Source: Rhizophagus irregularis (taxonomy: Eukaryota). From it: a stretch of DNA of 64,000 nucleotides. The stretch lies in the NCBI RefSeq assembly GCF_026210795.1, contig NC_089429.1, positions 682,001 through 746,000 on the forward strand, written 5' to 3'. The translations under genes were made by a program, and so were the position numbers. This document shows, one piece after another, positions 59,955-64,000 of this stretch (position 1 is its first letter; the number at the start of each line of letters is the position of its first letter). Under the pieces are notes generated by a model. The model made no database searches. It was not told the origin of the DNA and worked only from the letters and a program-made list of their open reading frames with translations.

Positions 59955-62433
59955 TTGTAAGGTAAAAAATATTAACGTTATTAAGCGAACAAACATCTTT
60001 TAACAGATTTTCATATGGGCAAATTACCATTTTTTTATCGTCGTAAAATTGAAGCAAGTCCTCGTAAGTCAAACTCCAATTACCCTAGTGGACGATTAGA
60101 TATTTCGGACATATAATATTTTTGTTGACGGCCTTATTTCGAACAGTAACTTACGAAAACAAGCATACATGTATCGAAAAGTTTTTCGTATTTATTTAGA
60201 AGTTTCTTATTAGAGTAATAATATTCCGGACAGAGTCAATCTTCGAGTATCTTCAACTAAAACACTTAGGGGTATGTTTTAGAAAAATTGGAATTCAGAA
60301 ATGCTGATTCAACCATATTTAGTGAGTTATAGAAATAATTATGGTTAGATCATTTGTATGCTAATATATTCTGGATACGGATACACAATGCTCTATTTAA
60401 AGAACTATTGCTTGGACATCCATTTTTTACGATGACATTAGTCAGATCCCTGAGAGTCTTACCGCTCAATACTGTTTAACCCATCTTAAGTCGGTATGTT
60501 TCTGGGAAGATCTGGATTCTGATAAAGGAAGATTTATGTTTATGCTGTCAGCGAGGTATAATTTTGTTTCAATGTTCAAGGAGAAATCTCGTACAAGTTG
60601 GGTTTTGGCAAAGCCCAGGCAAAGCCTACAATTTATGAGCCAAAACACGTTACTCTATCGGTTTATAGAATTGTTACCAATCCATATCATAATCTGTAAA
60701 TCACCATCGAGTTTGTATAAATACTTCAAAGATAGGTAAGTTACTTTATTATGTGCCATCATGAAACTTAAAAAATTTTTCAACGTTTGTTTCCTTTCAC
60801 GATAGAATAATAAACCAAAAACAGATTATCAAACAAACAGAAATAGTAGTTGAACTGGATACTATAGATGGGCTGGAACGCTCAGACGAAAATCCACAGC
60901 AAGAAAATAGTAATTCTGGTAAGAACCTTACAATGTTATGAATTAGATTCTTATTAATTATTGCGATAAATTGTTTGGATTATAGCAATAATGACAGATC
61001 GTAGTCTAGCTATAATAGTATAATCTTCCAAAAAATAAGTTCTCTTGAGCAGACCGTTCAGGAAATTAAAAGTGAAGTAGCGAATAATTCAAAGGAATTG
61101 AAAGAAGTCAAAGGGGAGTTAAAAGAGGTCAAAGACAAAGTAGAGAATAATTCGAAAGAGATAAAGGGAAGTCGAAAGATATTAATGACAAAATAGACAT
61201 ATTTGAAATGATCGCTAGAAATGAGATTGCCAAAAAACACGGACAGCATTATTCGGATGGTTTCATAGTTTTTGATTTAAATGGTCTCGTGAAGTTATCT
61301 ACATATCCTTTCCGTATACATATTTCTTATAGGGCACGATGGGATGAGAATTTTTATTTGACGATGGTTTCGATCATCACATCATCTAACATCGTTCGAG
61401 ACATCCAAGTGACATATGATAATTATTCTAAATATAATTGAATTTTCAGGACCAGGAAAAATAAAATATTAATCGTGTTGTATATATATATGGCGAATGC
61501 AATTTATTATACACCTAATACAGTAATATAATGACATGTTTACCTATTCATTGAATAAATGTAAACAGAGAAATATTTTTGAGAATTAACGTAAAAAACA
61601 ATCAAATTTTCGCTAACTCGAATCGTATTTATATATTATCATATTATCACCTCTCCACAAAAGCAAAGTTTTTAATAAGTATTTAATAATAATGTTCATA
61701 ACCAATTTTGAAATCTACTGTCGATACTTCCAATTTTCAAACTTATCAATAGAAAATAAAGAATGGTTATTTCTACCAATGATATCATTGTTAAAATAAA
61801 CCATTATTGATTATAACTTCATTATTGGAAAAAAATTTTTAACAATACTATGAAACACAATCACATAAAAGAACGATTTTCTCATCAAAAGTTACATTCA
61901 TATTTATCCTATTTTTGTATATTTAAGGCCTCACATCTAATACAAAAAAAAACAAGTTGATCATCATCGAATTTCTTTTGTATGAAAAAAAAAAATTTCA
62001 AATTCCGATTAGAATTTTTATGGTTTAACCCTTACGATAATCATTAAACAAAAATAGTAAGTTGTAAAACATAATAAATAGTGGAATAATTGTCCGAATA
62101 ACCCTACTTTGCTCTTTCTTCTATATCCGAAAATCATTATGACTTTGTTCGAATTTAACTTTATTGGATGTTTAGGCGTTAATTATAATAAAATAAAATA
62201 ACTTTCCTAATCCAACTTTTTTTGTTTTTCTGTATTGATCAACAAAATCAATTCTCCGTAAAATCCGTAAAGCGGAAATAATGAAATATTAATTACATAA
62301 ATACTTTGAAAATTTTCTCAACATGCTTCCTCATAATTTCGAGGTTTATAAATTTTTTTTTTTCCTAGAATAATATAAAAATTATTATTATTATTATTTT
62401 CTTTTATTCTGAAAGTTAGATAAATACGGAATC

Positions 62434-64000
62434 ATGTCTAATATTACCCTCTCTTGTCTTATTCAAGGAACAAGCCTTGATAAGTATTTTAAGATTACTA
62501 TCGACAAGAACAATGACATTTCTGATCTTAAGGATATCGTTTGGAATAAAAATAAGACCACCTTTTCCAACATTGATGCTAATAACCTAATTCTATGGAA
62601 AGTAAAAATTCCCATCAGCGACAAGGCGAAGTTCAAACAACTTGATTTCACCGAGTCAACTATTGAGGGCGATTTGGGTGGTACTAAGATAAATGATGCA
62701 TCTGATGAAATTAAAGATGTCTTCGGTAATTCTCCCGTGAGAAAACATATTCATATTATCATTGGACAACCTACTATTGTACAACTCACAACTACCACAC
62801 GCGCGTTGAATCAAGAGACGCAAAGCTTAGCTAACGAATATAATGGTAGAAGCTTATTTTCAGGTAATTATTTATTTACTTTAAACAGATTTAAAAGTTT
62901 AGTTAATAAGAAGTTTAGTCATGCCTCTATGACTTTACCAAATTTATTTATTTCGACAAGTTTCTTTTTTTCTTATCAAAAGACGAAATATATTGATACT
63001 GATTTTAATATCTTACTCATTTCTCAAAGATAATCTTTTTTCTAATCGTGAAACATCTGACATTTCCAAAAATGACCAACCCGATAAGAAAAATTCTCGT
63101 GAATATATTACTAATACGAGATCCAGACAATCATCACATAATAACTCCTTACGATCTGAATTTAGACAAGGTATTTTTTTTTTCCGGCGAAACTTTTTTT
63201 ATATTAATAATAGAAAAATTATTGACGCAAAGTTAATTTTCTAAAAGGTTTAAATTATGATGAAACCAATATATTCGGACTTTCGTTATACAATCAAAAT
63301 AAACAGAATAGTGGAATTAATAATCGAACTGGATTTAACCTATCCGGTCAATCGCCATGTACTTGTAAAATTCTTTTATTGGGCGGAACTGGAACCGGAA
63401 AGTCAACGATCATTAATATGATGGCAAATTATTTTCTGGATGGTACTTTAGAAAATCCAAAAGTCGTTATTCCAACTAAATATTTTGAAGTTACTGAAAA
63501 TGGTACTGTTTTAAAGTCGTTATAAAATTATTTTAAAATTCAGTTTATTGAAGGTATTAATTTTCTTTATCAAATCTTATTTCAGCTTTTGGAAGAAATG
63601 ATACTGAAGCGAAAGTTGGAGATGTAACTAGGAGTCAGACAACAAAATGTTGCAATTACGAATTTAAACATCCAGAAAATCCATCTTGTAATTTTGTCTT
63701 CATCGACACTCCAGGAATGAGTGATACGAATGGAATAGAGCAAGATGACAAGAATATTCAAGAGATTATTAATACAGCAATTGATGCCGGATCATTAACT
63801 GCCATCATTATTATTGCTAGTGGTACCGAAGCTAGAGTAACTCCAACAATAAAAAATACTTTAACTCGTCTGGCGAACAATCTTCCTGATGAAATTGTCT
63901 CAAATAATCTCCTACTTATTTTAACAAAGTGTACAAAATCTAGTGCTAGTTTCTCTGAGGATGTTTTTGCAAAAGAAATCGCGAAGCCAAAGGTTAGTAT
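62434..64000 (+). CDS. Crinkler-N + GTPase protein, paralog 3 (runs off the window end)
   Basis: LILWKV, HIHIIIGQP, GGTGTGKST, DTPG; near-identical to paralog 2 in the GTPase exons. Confidence 0.85.

Noticed and set aside
60050..61350. Possible multi-exon gene remnants including a short coiled-coil stretch (61040-61190)
   Set aside because: No coherent gene model or recognisable family; stops and frameshifts

Overview
A very AT-rich, intron-containing eukaryotic window. Its gene families (F-box/LRR-like, expanded tyrosine-kinase-like kinase, Crinkler-N proteins) and frequent AAG splice acceptors point to an arbuscular mycorrhizal fungus (Glomeromycotina, Rhizophagus-like); this is an inference. 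The centre holds a complete, young Ty3/Gypsy LTR retrotransposon (15327-26291; 611-bp LTRs, TTAG TSD) and a full-length LINE on the minus strand (26478-34514; 16-bp TSD). Around them are many MITEs, a non-autonomous Helitron, a Tc1/mariner-type element and a related solo LTR. Host genes include a small secreted Cys-rich prepropeptide, an intact F-box protein, two F-box pseudogenes, an aldo-keto reductase pseudogene, a TKL kinase, a PD-(D/E)xK nuclease-like gene and three tandem paralogs fusing a Crinkler N-terminal domain to a P-loop GTPase. The most unusual object is the LTR element. Its integrase is a separate ORF fused to a thymidylate-kinase-like P-loop domain. Just before the PPT it carries a sense copy of the 5' ~59 nt of the same tRNA-Gly its PBS uses, with A/B boxes, a hairpin and an oligo-T (a candidate Pol III small-RNA unit). 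Its Gag has a ~640-aa N-terminal extension with repeated zinc-ribbon modules, and its pol is split into several ORFs.
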